Under the pieces are notes generated by a model. It saw only the letters and a list, made by a program, of their open reading frames with translations. It was not told the DNA's origin and ran no database searches. Positions 23,501-38,023 of a stretch of DNA of 64,000 nt are shown here, in pieces; position 1 is the first letter of the stretch; each line of letters starts with the position of its first letter. A program made the translations under genes and the position numbers. Origin of the DNA: Paraphysomonas bandaiensis (Eukaryota > Protista > Chrysophyceae); contig CBFFRP010000323.1 of assembly GCA_965644295.1 (NCBI GenBank), forward strand, positions 1-64,000, given 5' to 3'.

Positions 23501-26500
23501 GCTAATAGCCCTCCAAGCAATTCTCGCTGGAATCCCAAGCTCACTGTCATCCATGTCCGCTTCATCTCGGCTAGCCGCATAACACTCCGCTAAATACTGC
23601 ACAATACGGTCGTTGAAAACATCGCCTCCGAGGGGGTCACTTTTCTTACGCGATAGTATCTTACTGAAATTGCTGACACCTTTTTGCACTACTTTCACGC
23701 TTTGCAATAGAGTTTCGCCCACTTTAGTCTTTAATAGAGCGCTTTTTGGGCGCTGATCTTCATCTAAAGTGTCATATGCTGTATACTCTTCTTGGATATT
23801 CTCAACCAATCCAGCGCTCCAGTCAGACAAACGTGTAAAGCCAGGAGGGGGGTTAAGGTTAAAACATACCGCCAGGTGTTGGGCCGCCAGACCTTGAAGC
23901 TTTGAACTCATTTTATTAAATTCTTTATACGCAATGGTGTCCCACCCCATATTGTAGCAATGTACGAAGACTTGATCAGAAAGAAATATATCGGCATACT
24001 TGCAGAGCCGCCACATGATTTCCTGTGTTTTGGTAGCAATGGTAGTCTTTGATTCCTCCTTATCATTCATCTTTTCATCATAAAGTTCTTCATCAGGTAA
24101 CCCATCAGGATCATTCATAATAGCGCTAGTACTACCAACAGCATCGCGCCTCGACATGTCCTTTACCTGTTTCTTGCGCAATATGAGCTCAAATCCCGTC
24201 AGATGATCCCCACTATTTTTAGTCATACTATCCTTTAGAGTACGATGTCCCGGCGGTACCACGGATTGTTTAGAAATATCTGCAACCTCAGCAGACTCCA
24301 TTATACCGTAACGCAAATCATCTTCGTCAGAATCGAAGTCAGAGTCAGATCCATATTGTTCATTATCAATATTGTTCTCTGATACATCCATACCAAGCAA
24401 AACCCATCCAGCAGCTTGCCCCCCTTCGAAATCATCGTAGAAATTATCTTCTGGGTACCTCTTCACATGAACCACGTTGGCCCCGATTGACCCTATCGAA
24501 GGCTTTCTCTCAATAGACTTCTTATTGGTACCTACAGATTTCGAGGGCGTGGTCGTAGATGACACCATTCCAGAAGAAACAGAGCTATTTTCCCCTACTC
24601 TCTGCGGGCGGAATGTACCAACCGCAGCTTCATCACGATCGACAAAATAACCATGTTCTAGGAAGAAGTCTCGCTCATTAGCACTGAGCTGATACGACTC
24701 CATAGCGTCTGGTACATATTCCCCATTGTACTTGACATTCTCTCGCATTTCTAAAATTTCAGGAAAAGATGTGTAAAACTCGTCGTCTGCATACGAGGTA
24801 CCATCATCCATCATACCATCATTGATGTTGGAGTACAAGAGGAGATAATAAGCTGCCTCTTTCAGGGCAATCGATATAGGCGTATCTCGCTGGAAATCTT
24901 CTTCGGCAAGAAGATGTGGGTGTACATGTATGAGCCATCGAGTGATTTCTGGATCAGCAGAACACATGACAATGTGCAGTAAACTCAAACCCAAGGAAGT
25001 TCGCATATTTGACAGATTCAAATTAAAAAGAGCTGCCCACTTAACCTCAATATATTTCTCACGGATGGAGAGAAGTCCAGGTGGACGAACGTCAGGTTTC
25101 GGTAGCAGGCCATACCGTCTTTGATCCTTGATAACATCGTCCCATTGTTGAATAAGCGGTAAACTAATATGCACATTCTCCACTCCAAATGCTCTATCAT
25201 CTACCTTTTTTACCAAGAAATCCACAATATAGTCATGCATTGCAAACCGGATCTTATTAATTTTTCGATCGAGCATACGGAAGACGCCTAATATGCGGAG
25301 AATGTTGAGAGCATAGAGATATACAAACAGAACCATTGACACATCAAGGACGAGATATCTCCCCGTCTTTGCGGGGCTCCTCATCAGTGTCCTAACCACT
25401 TGAATAATTGTCTCAACTAGCTCCTGATACCCTCTATTAGTTTCATCATCCTCAGGCTGAGGAGGGGCCGACTGGTCATACAGTACCAGAGTTGACCCAA
25501 TAAATACCACCATCAATCTACCAACCCAATCTACCCACCTATCCTGGACATCCGCGTATGGCTGAATAGTGTACGTTAAAAAGATCATAATGATATTGAC
25601 TCCAACAATAATTAGAGCCCTCGTTTGCCAAGTAAAGTAAAAATTACTCAAAGCTGCAATGAATACATACACAGTTAATTCGATCGGTAGCAGCAAACTG
25701 AACCACATCCGAGTCCATCTGTACGAGCACACCAACAGCAACATAGCTGATGTATCAACAACATAATCCCCTATCGAAATCGTTAATACATGGTCGCTAA
25801 CGAATTCAATTTTGGCCATTGTTAGTTCATTGTTTAGTTTTTGGTTTAATTTACGTAGGGCGCGTTCACGAGATGTCATTTTCAAGTCCTCTCTCCATTC
25901 ACCAGATACTAGTTTTAGACCACTTGTATTCATAAGGTCTGTGCAGAGTACGTCAACATGAATTCTAGAAGCCAATGCTACCACACTTCACACAACTCTT
26001 ACCTTTAGAAGTCTTGTTACGTTCGCTTGGACGGCTATATACAGGTCCCGCACAAGTAATGAACCGCTTAAACTGTAGCAAACCAGTAAATCGAATGTAA
26101 ATAAGTAACATCGTGTCTATACACAACGCTTGGAAACAAAAAAATACCTTGTACATCAATACTCGAAAGTGTTTGACAAACGTGCTCTTCAAGAAGGCTT
26201 TCATTGCACGTTTACGATGAGTGTTGAGGAATACTTTGAAAGCTTGCACGCTCGACGCGACGAAGTCTACGACATATGTTATCCGTTCACCTGCAAGAAA
26301 GAACGGAGTAAGAAAGACGCGATATAATATACGTGGGGGTTATACTTGTGGACATGGACTTGGCTTTCTTTGTTCTGACTACGTCCGATTCGATGTTACA
26401 ACACAGAAGCAAGGCTCTCTTTCCAAAATAGGATATTGGGGCTTTGACGATCACCAGAGGTACGAAGCACAGCTGGATGAGGTTGACCACAAACGACACG

Positions 26501-28641
26501 ACAGCATAGAGGGTGTAATACAGTATTTCTTCAAGGTAGCCATACTGATTCTTGAGCTCAATGCGGATAGACAATAGGAGGCGATCCTTCCAATGAAAAT
26601 CGTTCTATGTGACAAACCATTACAGTGGGAACTGATCAGAAAATGCACATTCTTGATTTATTGCAATATAAAAATTGATACGTATATATATATATATTAA
26701 AATTGATACATACCTCATACGATTTTTTCTCAAAAGTGTATTTGCCACACACGTTCGACACGGCATCAAACCACCTCGACCCAGTCAATTCCGTATACCC
26801 CAGATTGACAATTCGGTATATAAACCACGCAAAAACTGTCATAAATAGTGGCACCCCGATGCACGATAGAGTGTAAAAACAAGTGCCAAGGATCGAATCA
26901 CAAGGAAGGATATTGACATCGTCATAAAAACCTGTACATCAGTTGTGTTAGAGATGCTCTGAGTGAAATTACATGCGACATTCTAAGTTAATTAAACACG
27001 ACCTTACAATTCGAAACATCAAAATTTACTTACTTTTCTCTCGTACACGTTCATATGATGCCATATATTGTCTATTGGGACATTGCCACTTTGATTTGTC
27101 GATGGTGAATGGTGGAAAGGCTTCGTAGTAACAAGGTGTGTTGTAGTTATATTGTCTTCGGTGTGTCATTACGAGTGCATCGTTCCAATCCGTAATCACT
27201 GCCGCCACGCGTTAGATGATCACAAAGGAGAAATTAAAACTAGCTAATATATATAACCGAAAACAGGTAGTCATATGCACACAAGAAAATGACGTCATAA
27301 CATAATAACGCATTGTACTTACTCATGAGAGATTGCAGCCAGGTGTATAACACCGGCATGTACAGAATGATGACCAGGCATATGCTCAACTCAACTTTAC
27401 TCTTTATCACTCGTTTGAGAATAATAGTAGAAGTGTAGTTGACATTCTGAGACACGTACTGGACAAAAGCGGATTCTGCAGATTTGATAAATATAACCGC
27501 TGCGGAAAAGTATGTGAGTGCAATAATGGTATCGCAATGTAGCTCCGGCTTACATAAAAGAAATATAACTATGGTCGCAGAGGCGCATATACCCAGTATA
27601 GCCCCAAATATAGCAGGATCGGGAATATCGTAATCCTCCTGCTGACTGATAGCGTACATGGCGGCAAGCACCATTATCACACAACAGCACAATTTGAGCA
27701 TTGACATGATGATCCGTACACCACCACGGCGGTACCATCCATCCGCAATGTAATCTTTCAACCATTTGCGAGATTCAAACCGGTCAGTGTAGTCTTTGAT
27801 TTGCCACATTTGGAGAGTCAAGAAAAAGGACATTATAAAGAATGCAGCACCCATGAAGTAATGAGAAAAATAAATGATGGCGTGCCAATTCCTTGCTTTC
27901 TTAAAGTCCACCTCAATATCATATCCGTCAAGGTACCTGCATAGTTAATGTTATTATGTAGACGTAATCTATTAAAAACAAGATACACAGCTCTTCATGC
28001 CACTCACTCCAAAAAGGAACAGTGTACAATCTTATTTATTATTGCTTGTTATATCAGATCATAACATGGATTCACGAAATGTGTACTTACGATTCATAAC
28101 CAAGAATTCGTCGAAAGGGCATATCGTAGTTAATTTCTGGCGGTTCACTAGGAATAGACGGCATATACTTTAAAACAAATTCAATGACAGTATTTAAGAA
28201 CGTCTGAATGATGTATACAACGTCTACGAAGGGCCTCGAATAGAATCGGATTGTATAAAAGAAGGGGGATCGACAAAGAACATTGAAAACGGGAGGGAAA
28301 TCAACATCAGGATTGTCACAAATTAATGCTACGATCTGAAAGAATAAAAATGCCCGTAACACCCTCATCACACTAACATTATTAGTGAACTCGAAGTTAC
28401 GATGCTTTCCCTCTGGAATGTCGTCTTCAGATTTGGTTGAAAGTGAGTCTTCTGATATCTCATCTTGAAGAGCCACTGTGTTCGTTCTCTTAAATCCAAA
28501 TTTATGTTGTGGTGCAGCTGCAGTGAACTCGATTCCATCCACAACAGTCTTCTCTAGAGAGAAACTCGGCTGTTTAACTAATTTCGGACCTGATGAGCCC
28601 AGAGTGTTCGAGCTTGATTGTCTTTGAATAGAAGCAGCCAT
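20537..28641 (-). CDS. Very large multipass membrane protein with an ankyrin-like repeat and a C-terminal RNase-inhibitor-type LRR array
   Basis: Hydrophobic upstream exons (LFFQIVALI...IQPYADVQD), ankyrin-like LSLLHIVM...DTPISIAL, and many LxxLDLSxNxLG repeats in the long last exon. In-frame introns at 25939-26002 and 26073-26147. Confidence 0.85.
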
Positions 28642-29269
28642 TACTACTACGAATTACAAAGTATCAGAGTGAACCTCCGATGACCTCTGCGATTCGCTCT
28701 ATTCAGCTGAGTATTAATTTGATTGATGAGAAGTGCGTTACTCGTTTGTATGAAGCGGTCTGTTGGTTTCCCTTCTTTTCACGGTAGTTTTTGGAGGAGT
28801 GTTTGTACCGTCGCACTCTGTTGGTGTCATGTGCAGCAGTGTATAGGTACGAGGAGTGGTACCGGAAGTGTGACTTGTCCAATACAGAGTACACTGCAGT
28901 GTACATAATACGTTTGTTATACCGTCATCACGAGCAGCAGTGAGTGGACACCAAAATAACGGATATGTGGCAAAATACCGTCTGTATGCATATATACGCA
29001 TACCGACCACTACAGGCAGAAGTTACACATACATAGCTGAGTGTGAGGTTGTTTTATTGTATATGCTACTGCTGTAGGCGGTGGAGTGTGTATACATACA
29101 TGCTTCCTCCATAGTCTTTAATGGACATATAGATATTCGAGCTATCCTCAAGTGATACTTGTTGAATTCATAACAAGTGAGCCTTTAAGAATATTGATCG
29201 ACCTGATAGTGATGATGAGAGGGACTCTAGTAACATAAGAAGACTCCAGTGTTGTTTGTCGATAGTTTG

Positions 29270-32200
29270 ATGTCGTTCTCCACTGATGGTGAAGAAATCA
29301 CCCATTTTACAGATGAGGATGATAGGAGTGATGATGAATACTTCCAAGAGATTGGTGACGTCACCTCCTTCCGAGACATACCATTTCAATCGGAGGAAAT
29401 GAAGCATTTATTGAAACTAGAAAATCCTCCCGATGATGATAAATATGGATCACGGGTTACGTACAATGCCACGCATATGTTTCCAAATTGGATATTGGAC
29501 AATGCGGAATGGCAATCTACTGAAGCGAAGAACAAAGATAATAAAGTATCTGAAGTTTTACAGACACCTTATAACCAAAGGACCCAAGAACAGACCTCCA
29601 CTCTTATTCATTGGCTTATGTCGGTGTGGGAAACAGCGAATATGATGGGATTCAAGCGATGTGGAGCAATGACTAAGGTACGTCTTACGTTAAAGTACTT
29701 CTCTCTGAATATGTATTGCCCGTATGTGAATGCGAATTGTATAGTTGTTGACATTCCACTACAGGTGTTTCATTTTCTCACATATGAACCCGGGGAGAAT
29801 ATTATCACTGAGGGAGAAAGGGGGCTTACATTTTATATCGTTATATCTGGAAATTGTGTTGTACACAAAGAGGGAATAGGAAATGTCGCCGCACTGTCGA
29901 AAGGACAAAGTTTTGGTGAGATAGCATTGACACAAGGCAAAGACCTCAGATCTGCCACAGTTCAAGCTGTAACTAAGTAAGTTGTGGGTACTTTTCAAAA
30001 TATATACGATGCGAAGTATATTATTGAATACCGTCGAATAGTAATTCTGCTGTGCTATGACTCACATGGACTTGAAAAGTAGCTGAGAAGTATGCTTGTG
30101 CAGGGTGGAGGTGCTGAGACTTCATAAGATTGATTACGACCACTTTGTTAAAGATATTCAGGTACTAAATACGATACGTCTGTATTTAGTAATAATTTTT
30201 GATCTAATTAATACATTTTACTGATTACAATTATATATACTTACGTATACATTGTATATAGCTCGCAGAGAGGCGAGAAAACCTTCAAGTTCTCAAATCC
30301 TGCCGTCTATTTGATCACTGGAGTCGCGCGAAAATCCAAAAAATGGTTACAACTTGTCTAAGAAAGAGTTATGACGCTGGGGAGTACGTGTTTCATCAGG
30401 TATTAAATGTGTGTATTATATTCTTTCTTCTATTTTGTCAACGCTGTGAGGATGCCATATGTAATTCATATAGACTACACTCTGGCATATGTAGTACATA
30501 TGTCATCCTTGTGTTATTTCAAAGTTGTTCGATGTAATGAATTAATCTACAGGGAGATGTACCAGACAACATTTACTTCATTGTCGATGGTACTATATCG
30601 ATAATAAAAGAGATCCATATTGTTGTTCGGAATAGGTATATCACTGCTGGTGCTTAACTCTTGTATCCCTAAACACTTTATAGGTGGCCAGTCGGAAATC
30701 ATGAATGGGCTGGTGTTGCAAAGAAGAAAATCAAGCCTTATATTGTCAATGAACTTGGCCGTGGTTCTTATTTTGGGGAGCTTTCTATCGTAAAAAATAA
30801 GAATAGAACAGCTTCTGCTAGAGCCAAAACAAGGTAGCAGCATTACGAATCGTACGATTCAAAGCTCATGGTTATATATAGATGTACGGTCTTATCGCTT
30901 GATAAGCTTGAGTTTGTTCACCTCCTTAGAAGCGGAAAAACGATGGAAACTGTGTCTAATTTCGTGACAGATTACCAAGGTATACCTATGTATTTAAGTA
31001 AATATTCTGACGTTATTTTGTACATGCTTGTTGTGCAGTTTGTTATTTGTGTGTGCGGTGGATGTGAACTTTGTTGTTTTATTTCGCTTCTATTATCCGT
31101 AGATGATCGAGAAATCTTGAATACAATGGCGGATTTAAAAGGGGGACCTTCAACAACAGCACAACTCAACGAATATGTGAAAACTGCTGATGATCCGAAC
31201 GAAACGATTGGTTCTCCACAATATACGAAAACTGCTACTGCGTCACCGGAAGCACCTGTAAAGCCTGCTGGAACCCGACGAACAACGTAAGATTGACGTC
31301 ACCACTATGATGTGATTATAAATTCATTGTTTAATGACGTGATTTTGAACTTTGACACGTGCTGAACCCTATTGATTATCTAACTTCCGCTGTGGGTACA
31401 GGATCGTTCGTATTCCAACGAATGTTTATGAAGTCATTGGTGGGTTCAATTGCCTTATGATGCTATATATCTTGACTATGCTTTGTAAAGGTCCCAATCA
31501 AGGGCTGCCGTCTCCTGGATTTGCAAAAAATGCTAGTAAATCGCCGAAAAAGTCCCCAAGCAGATCACCAGTGAGGGGGAAAGCTAAACAGGTTTCTTTC
31601 CCAACACTTTCAAAACCTACTGTGAAAACAAAAGAAGTGAAGCCAGAGAAGAAGTCTAGTAGCCATCGATTCCGACAACAACTTCAGGCTGCTGTTGCAG
31701 CGACGGAGACGAACAAATCCGGTAGTAGGGGCGGTACAACTATTGTTGAAGATCCGACCACGGGAGCAAAATATGAACCTAAGCATGGAGCCGCAGCTAT
31801 GCAGGAAGGAGGCGTCGACTTAATGCGATCTTTGATCGACAATATCACCACTGCCAACCGGTAGGTAGCTGCATTTTAGTGTAGTATATTCATTGGATGG
31901 TCAATGTGTATTATGCGAACGTTCTGACTGTGCATTAACGTTATGTTGCAGGAAATTACACTATTTAGATGATACTACGAATCTTAAAAGTGTCGGCGGT
32001 CTCCAGCGTGGGCATATACGTGGAGGCCATAAAAGGTATTCGCTCGTATTGTGTGTGTTCGTACAACAACTTCAAATAATTTAGATTTCCTTTTTAACTT
32101 TTGTGTGATACGAATATAGACTATCGTTCATGACTTCTACTCACGGAACTGCTATGACAAACCCATCGCCAGTGTCACCCACTCGATTCGAAATGAACCC

Positions 32201-32883
32201 GGAGCTACTTGATCATCGAAGGAATAAAACACCAGTGTATACGTGAGTTTTCACTCCTTGGACTGTTATAGTATACTTGCTCTTATACTTTGAGATCGTT
32301 GTGTTATTATGTGTTAGACTAATTGTTGCTCTGTATTTCTTGTAGGACTAATCCGAAAGCACAACCAAAACCCGTTATTAAGTGCGAGGGAAAGGTGAAA
32401 AGGTCATACACTATTTACCTTTACCTGATGTGTATGTGCGCGCAGTCTCATCCAGTTATGATGATGGTCAATTCGGTTGTGATGACAACTTCGAAAGGGA
32501 GGAAAGTAAAGTAAGTATTTGACATCCAATTAGAGTAAATCATGTAAAAAATAGAACTAAACGAGTTCTGTTGCTGCTGTTGATACATTTTTATGGATTG
32601 ATGTATATATAGGACAAGTGATACAAGCGAGGTGTCGCAGTATGTAGACGCAGTTGTCAACAACCAGCCTGTACCCGAGAAGCAAGTCATGACTCGCTCG
32701 CTGTCAAGGCAACTATCCAGAAAAATGTCTCGACAGGTATCTGACGATGGCAGATCTGTTGCTACTGCGCGTGCTGCCTCGCCACCTTTCAACGCGCGCA
32801 AGACATATGATACTGTACCTGGTTCTCCTCAACAACGCCCACATACCTCTCCCACTAAAAATAAAACTCCCGCATTTCTTTGA
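29270..32883 (+). CDS. Tandem cyclic-nucleotide-binding domain protein with low-complexity tail (start uncertain)
   Basis: IITEGERGLTFYIVISG...FGEIAL...RSATV, and a second domain FHQGD...FYFIVDG...FGELSI...RTASA. Many short introns. Confidence 0.85.
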
Positions 32884-33169
32884 TATTATTAGATGGGCTA
32901 ATGGTACTGTTGAACTGATGTACGTTATTTCTCTATAGACGAGATAATATATCTGAATTTGCATAGGTAGTTATTTGTGGTCTATATTTCTTTTTGCGTT
33001 GTTAAGTTTCTTGCGATAATTTGTACAGTGGTTGTATTATGTACCAATATGAGCTGTGGCTTGTTTGGACTATTATATCGGTAAATATTAATTGTTAATG
33101 TCGTCCCACTTGATCGTTGCCACTAGGGTTCTAAGTATATATATGTTGCTGGTCATAATAGCCAATGAG

Positions 33170-35145
33170 AAGAGTATTTCGTATTACAAGGTAAATTATA
33201 TAGTCTTTACATAAGAAATAATGTAACAGCAAGACATGGTTGAAAGGAGCATATATTATATTGAAAGTCTTATTATTTAGCAATAGTCGTTAAAAACCTG
33301 CACCAATGTAGTGGCTAGTTGAATGCTAGTCGTACTATTTAGACCGCTACCCATCATAACTAATCGTAGGACTCACTGGCGCGTGTTGTCAGGGGGTCTC
33401 CCCTTGGGGTGAGATTCTACCAGTCTCTTAGACATGGTTGGAAGGAGCATTAGAACCAATCACATTGCAGTGTATCTTGTACAGTCACGTAGTAGTGAAT
33501 GTCTAATTATTAGACATTCACTACTCTTTCTAATTAACTCTGATACCCTACTATTTAACGCCACAAAGTCTGCTTGTGCGACACCGCAAGCATCAAGGTG
33601 CAACTACTTAAGCTGCTGAATCACTCAAAGCAAACGCAATGAGCAAGCAGAATGTTTCCTCAACAAAGTCGGACTCGCACCATTTCGTGATTATTTGAGC
33701 TATTTCTACGGGAAACTAACTTGAGTCGCATATATAGTCAGCAGATAATACTCTGCTCACTCATAGTCAAACACATAATAATATGTGTCACTTGTGTAGA
33801 CGTATATGGGCCTTGACTAATAAACAGGCATTCGGGAATGGATCTACCTCAAGAAGGTATCCGGGAATAGGTCCATCTGAAGGGTACCCGGGGTATTGGC
33901 ATGTCTGCTGAAGTCAGCAATTACGATGATTTATTTCACCTTAAGGACTCCTAAATTCTGAAGTCAACAGATGTTAGGTATATATTAAAATTCTGCTTGT
34001 GGTCACTATACGTTTGCTTTGAGTGATTGATAGCGAGGATGGTTGCACCGTGGTGCTTGTGACGACGCACAGATAGTAGTAGGATAACAGAGTTAAGCAC
34101 TAGTAGTTAGTTTAATTGTTTTTTGCTACAGTAGTTCTGACTCTTACACACCTATTGTTTGCATGTCCAAGTTGATCGCTGGTTTCTGAGTAAATTCAGC
34201 ACTCCTTTTGACATTACTATCGCATGGTAGTGTACCAGTCGCTTGCCTTTCGACTCCAATTTCCCTAATGCATCCAATAACAAAAATCCTATGTTCTATG
34301 CTTTCCGAAGAATGTCCATGAATGCCCCCTCAACAAAGTCAAAATCGCACCTTTTCGTGGTGTTCTTGGCGATAAAAGTACCGGAAATATTTCTCCCCGA
34401 AACTAACGTGGGCCGCGTACGTATAGTCAGCAGATAACATTCTTCCCACTCAGCAGATGTGTCAGCAGATTTTTTTCTGCAGGTACATCAACATTCTGCT
34501 TTTGCTCAATGCGTTTGCTTTGAGAAAAAGTGGTCAGATAGTTTAGATAGTTTTCGTAGCGTTAAGTAGAAGGATATCAGAGTTACCGACTCTTAAACGC
34601 TTATTATTACTAATAATAAGACTTGAACTACTCCATGAATGCCTGGATGCTGCGCCTTTGGCTCCGAATACCAATTTTGTGTTCCCTACTGAGGCATATT
34701 GAGTTCTAATTCAAATAGGCTGACTCCAATTGATGCATGAGTCAGGTTTCCATAACCAAAGATATCTTAGAACCGCTGGATGTCGATGCCAGATTGCAAT
34801 GGTCTTGAATGACGCATAGTAATTTGACTTCGTAGAGACCTTTGTACTTCGTTGCTGTGGACCAAAAAATCCCCACCATCATCGTATACACGGGATCCAT
34901 TCGGTTCGAATACGATGTTGCAACCTGAATTTGCTAGTTAGTTGATAGATATTAACGTTTTTGATGCATCCACAACTAATTTGCACTTGTTGGTTAGTCC
35001 TAGCTTGCCGTAACCCAGGACGTATCTTATATAGTCTGTGTGTCTAATAAAAATTTAGGCAATTGTTATTTCATTATCTTGTTGTATTCACTTGTATAGT
35101 ATACTATGTTAAGGGGTATACGTAAATTAGTTAATCTTAATATTT
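33170..35145. mobile_element. Nest of repeat fragments (modular family plus decayed Copia protease/LTR pieces)
   Basis: 33260-33430 is the reverse complement of pieces of 9395-9650; 33660-34110 of 7890-8375; 34765-35020 of 18800-19075. 35030-35143 matches 20280-20388. Confidence 0.8.
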
Positions 35146-35961
35146 TTGGATACACACACACAACAACCTGTGTAAAATAATACAGCACAGAAATACATGT
35201 ATGAGCTAATACCTCAGAGGTATGAGATGGTCATTGACATTTGACATGACATTTGAGATATTAAAAAGAAGACATAGGGTTGTGACGCATTGTACAGAAT
35301 CGAATTTATGTGTGAGTGATCATTGACAATTATTACCAGGTGAAATACTGTTCACAGTTGAGTTTTGCTGTTTGTGAGCAATTAAAAGCTGTACTTTTCA
35401 ACACTATTTCAGTTTCTCAGTTTCACACTATTACTCCTATCTTCTTAATACCTCAGTAGTTCATGTAATACTGTTAATTACTGCTGTATTCTTCAAGTAA
35501 CGGTCATAATTCAAATATTCACGTTGATCATTTACTTTACCTACTTATAATTGATTCTGTAATCTTAATGTTGCGTCGGGAATTCTTGTGTTATTTTATG
35601 ATTATATTACGATTTCACTTTTATTTGACGAGAGTATCCTTTGTTCTGGGTGTCTCTAATCTATAAATCACTAACTATAAAGTTGACAATCAAATGGCAT
35701 TGGCGGACACCTTTATCTCCTTACTCTTGCTCTTTGTTACATAAACATATCTGAAACATGGATTACTTCTAGATGCAATGCGGAATAACGAATAGTAATC
35801 AGTTTGTTCGGGAAACTGTCCTTTGATGCCAATGCACCATTACGCTTGTAATATTTATGATGCTAATTAACACAAAGGGTAATTGGTGATTGAATATGAT
35901 AAATACAACATTACTATCTCCAACAACATATTGGTGTGAATATCGAAATAGAAAACGTAAT

Positions 35962-36351
35962 TTACTTCGCGTCGCCTCCTTTTTCCTCTTCGGGCACATC
36001 TGCTTCAATACCCGCCTACAAACCCTATAAGACTAACTCATTACCAACTAATCCGCCATACCTGATCCATTAATTCGGCAATTGACCTTTCAAGATCATC
36101 GATTCTGCTTCCCATTTCGTCAACTGCGTAACGATTCAGTTAAACACAATCATTTCAGCCGCTTGTTTCTTACTTCTGCCGATGATCGTTGAAGACATCT
36201 GGTTGAAACGGTTTTGCTGTCATACAGTCAGATTAACACACAGACAGTCATACGCAGTCTGCTCTACCATCTGCTCCAGTAAATTCTGGACAAAAATAGT
36301 CAGATCTTGAGAGGTCTCTGGTGTTGCATCGCCTGCTCCTGCGTCTGCCAT
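35962..36351 (-). CDS. HSBP1: Heat shock factor binding protein 1 homolog (4 small exons, absent from the ORF track)
   Basis: Spliced translation [80 protein letters not shown] matches the HSBP1 signature. Confidence 0.92.
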
Positions 36352-36762
36352 TGCTTTCTATAAAACACAACACGATAATATGCGTAGCTACTCTGTTGGC
36401 GGGGGAGAAGAGGGTCTTGTTTGAATAGAGGGATTGAAACTATAACTGCGCTGCGCTGCGCTGCTGTATGCTGTGATTATATAGTACTGTAGAGGTATAC
36501 AGCGAGCCCTACACCTACAGCGAGCCCTACATTCATATACATACAACACACACACACACCTGCACCAGCACCAGCACCAGCACCACTTGAAAACAACACA
36601 GCTTGAATTCACCGGTATACGTATCTGTATATGTCCCGCATACAGTACCGACCATGGAGTGTGGGTGCCCGGCGCATATATATGGACCCCTGTGTACAAG
36701 CACACACCACATAGAGAAATAGCCACACCATTCGTAACCTTGAGTCCAACCTATCGATAGTT

Positions 36763-38023
36763 ATGCTATTCCCTCTGGACTCTTTCGATGTCGCCGAGGA
36801 CCCATCAAAATGTAAGCCTGTAAAGATACTGAAAGAAGAAAAAAACAAACTCAAATATGAAGAGAAGAAAAAACGCGCCCTCGCTCGTCACAGAGCCCAT
36901 AAGATGAAGAAACACGAGTCGATTGAGTCAATGAACGACGAGGCGAGGTTGATGTATATTCAAACTCAAAAGGAAATTAAAAATCGCGAAAGAGAGAATG
37001 CGAAGAGGTCACTGGAGGCTCCTGTGAGAGTGTGTATAGATCTTGACTACATGGATGAAAACAGCGACAAGGAAATGCGCAGCTTAGTAGTCCAAGTGCG
37101 TCTGTCATATGTGGAGATTAAGCGAGCTTTGTCTCCTCTTTCTCTCCATTTGTGCTCTTTGACTGGAAAAATACATCGTCATCTGGCTGACCAAGGAGTG
37201 GACAATTGGTTCGTACATAGGCATTCTGAGACTGTATTGGACACTTTTCCGAGCCAAAATATTGTAATATTATCTCCTGATGCTGAAGAAGCACTTATGG
37301 AATTAGACCCTCTCAAGGTGACTGCCTCCTCAATATCTACGTAAAGTATATACTATGTAAAGGGTTATGTGCTCTCTATGTGCATTCTTCACAGGAGATA
37401 TACATTGGTTCACGATATACTTCTTATTGGCGATGTGTTTCAGGTATATGTTATTGGCGGTATAGTTGATCGAACCATAAGAAAGCACATTTCGCTATCA
37501 AAAGCTAACGATCATGAGGTATGGGTATACATGCTTGACATAAGAGGTTTTTAGTCATGTCAATGCATTGAATTTCTTGTATAGGTTCAAGCGGTTAGAC
37601 TTCCAATAAGAGAGTATTTTCCCGATTGTCCGAACACGGTTCTTAATATAGATCAGGTGCTTCAGCATATCCATGGTCTATTATCTAGAATTACATCTAT
37701 CATACAGTCATGCATATGTCTTATTGCAGTGTAGCTATTTTCTTTACATAAGCATGTTTATACTGGTTGTCGACTAGGTCCTGCGATGTCTATGCGTCTA
37801 CAATCATACCACTGATTGGGTAACCGCGTTACGAGAGGCTGTACCTGTTAGAAGGGCTATTCCCGGCCGTGAAGAGCGACAAAAGCGAGCCGATATGGCA
37901 ACAGCGGACAACCTCGTTTTGGATACATATGTAACAAACAGAGACGACACGGTAGATGAAGAGGGAAATGAAGTGAATACAGACAAGGAGGATGACTATA
38001 ATGGCTGTGTGACAAGCGGTTGA
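36763..38023 (+). CDS. TRM10: tRNA m1G9 methyltransferase Trm10 family
   Basis: VCIDLDY, ILSPDA, VYVIGGIVDRT, AVRLPIREY, VLNIDQV, DWVTALREAVP. Confidence 0.92.

Noticed and set aside
34895-34915. GGTTCGAAT resembling a tRNA B-box
   Set aside because: Lies inside a Copia remnant; no cloverleaf or A-box seen.
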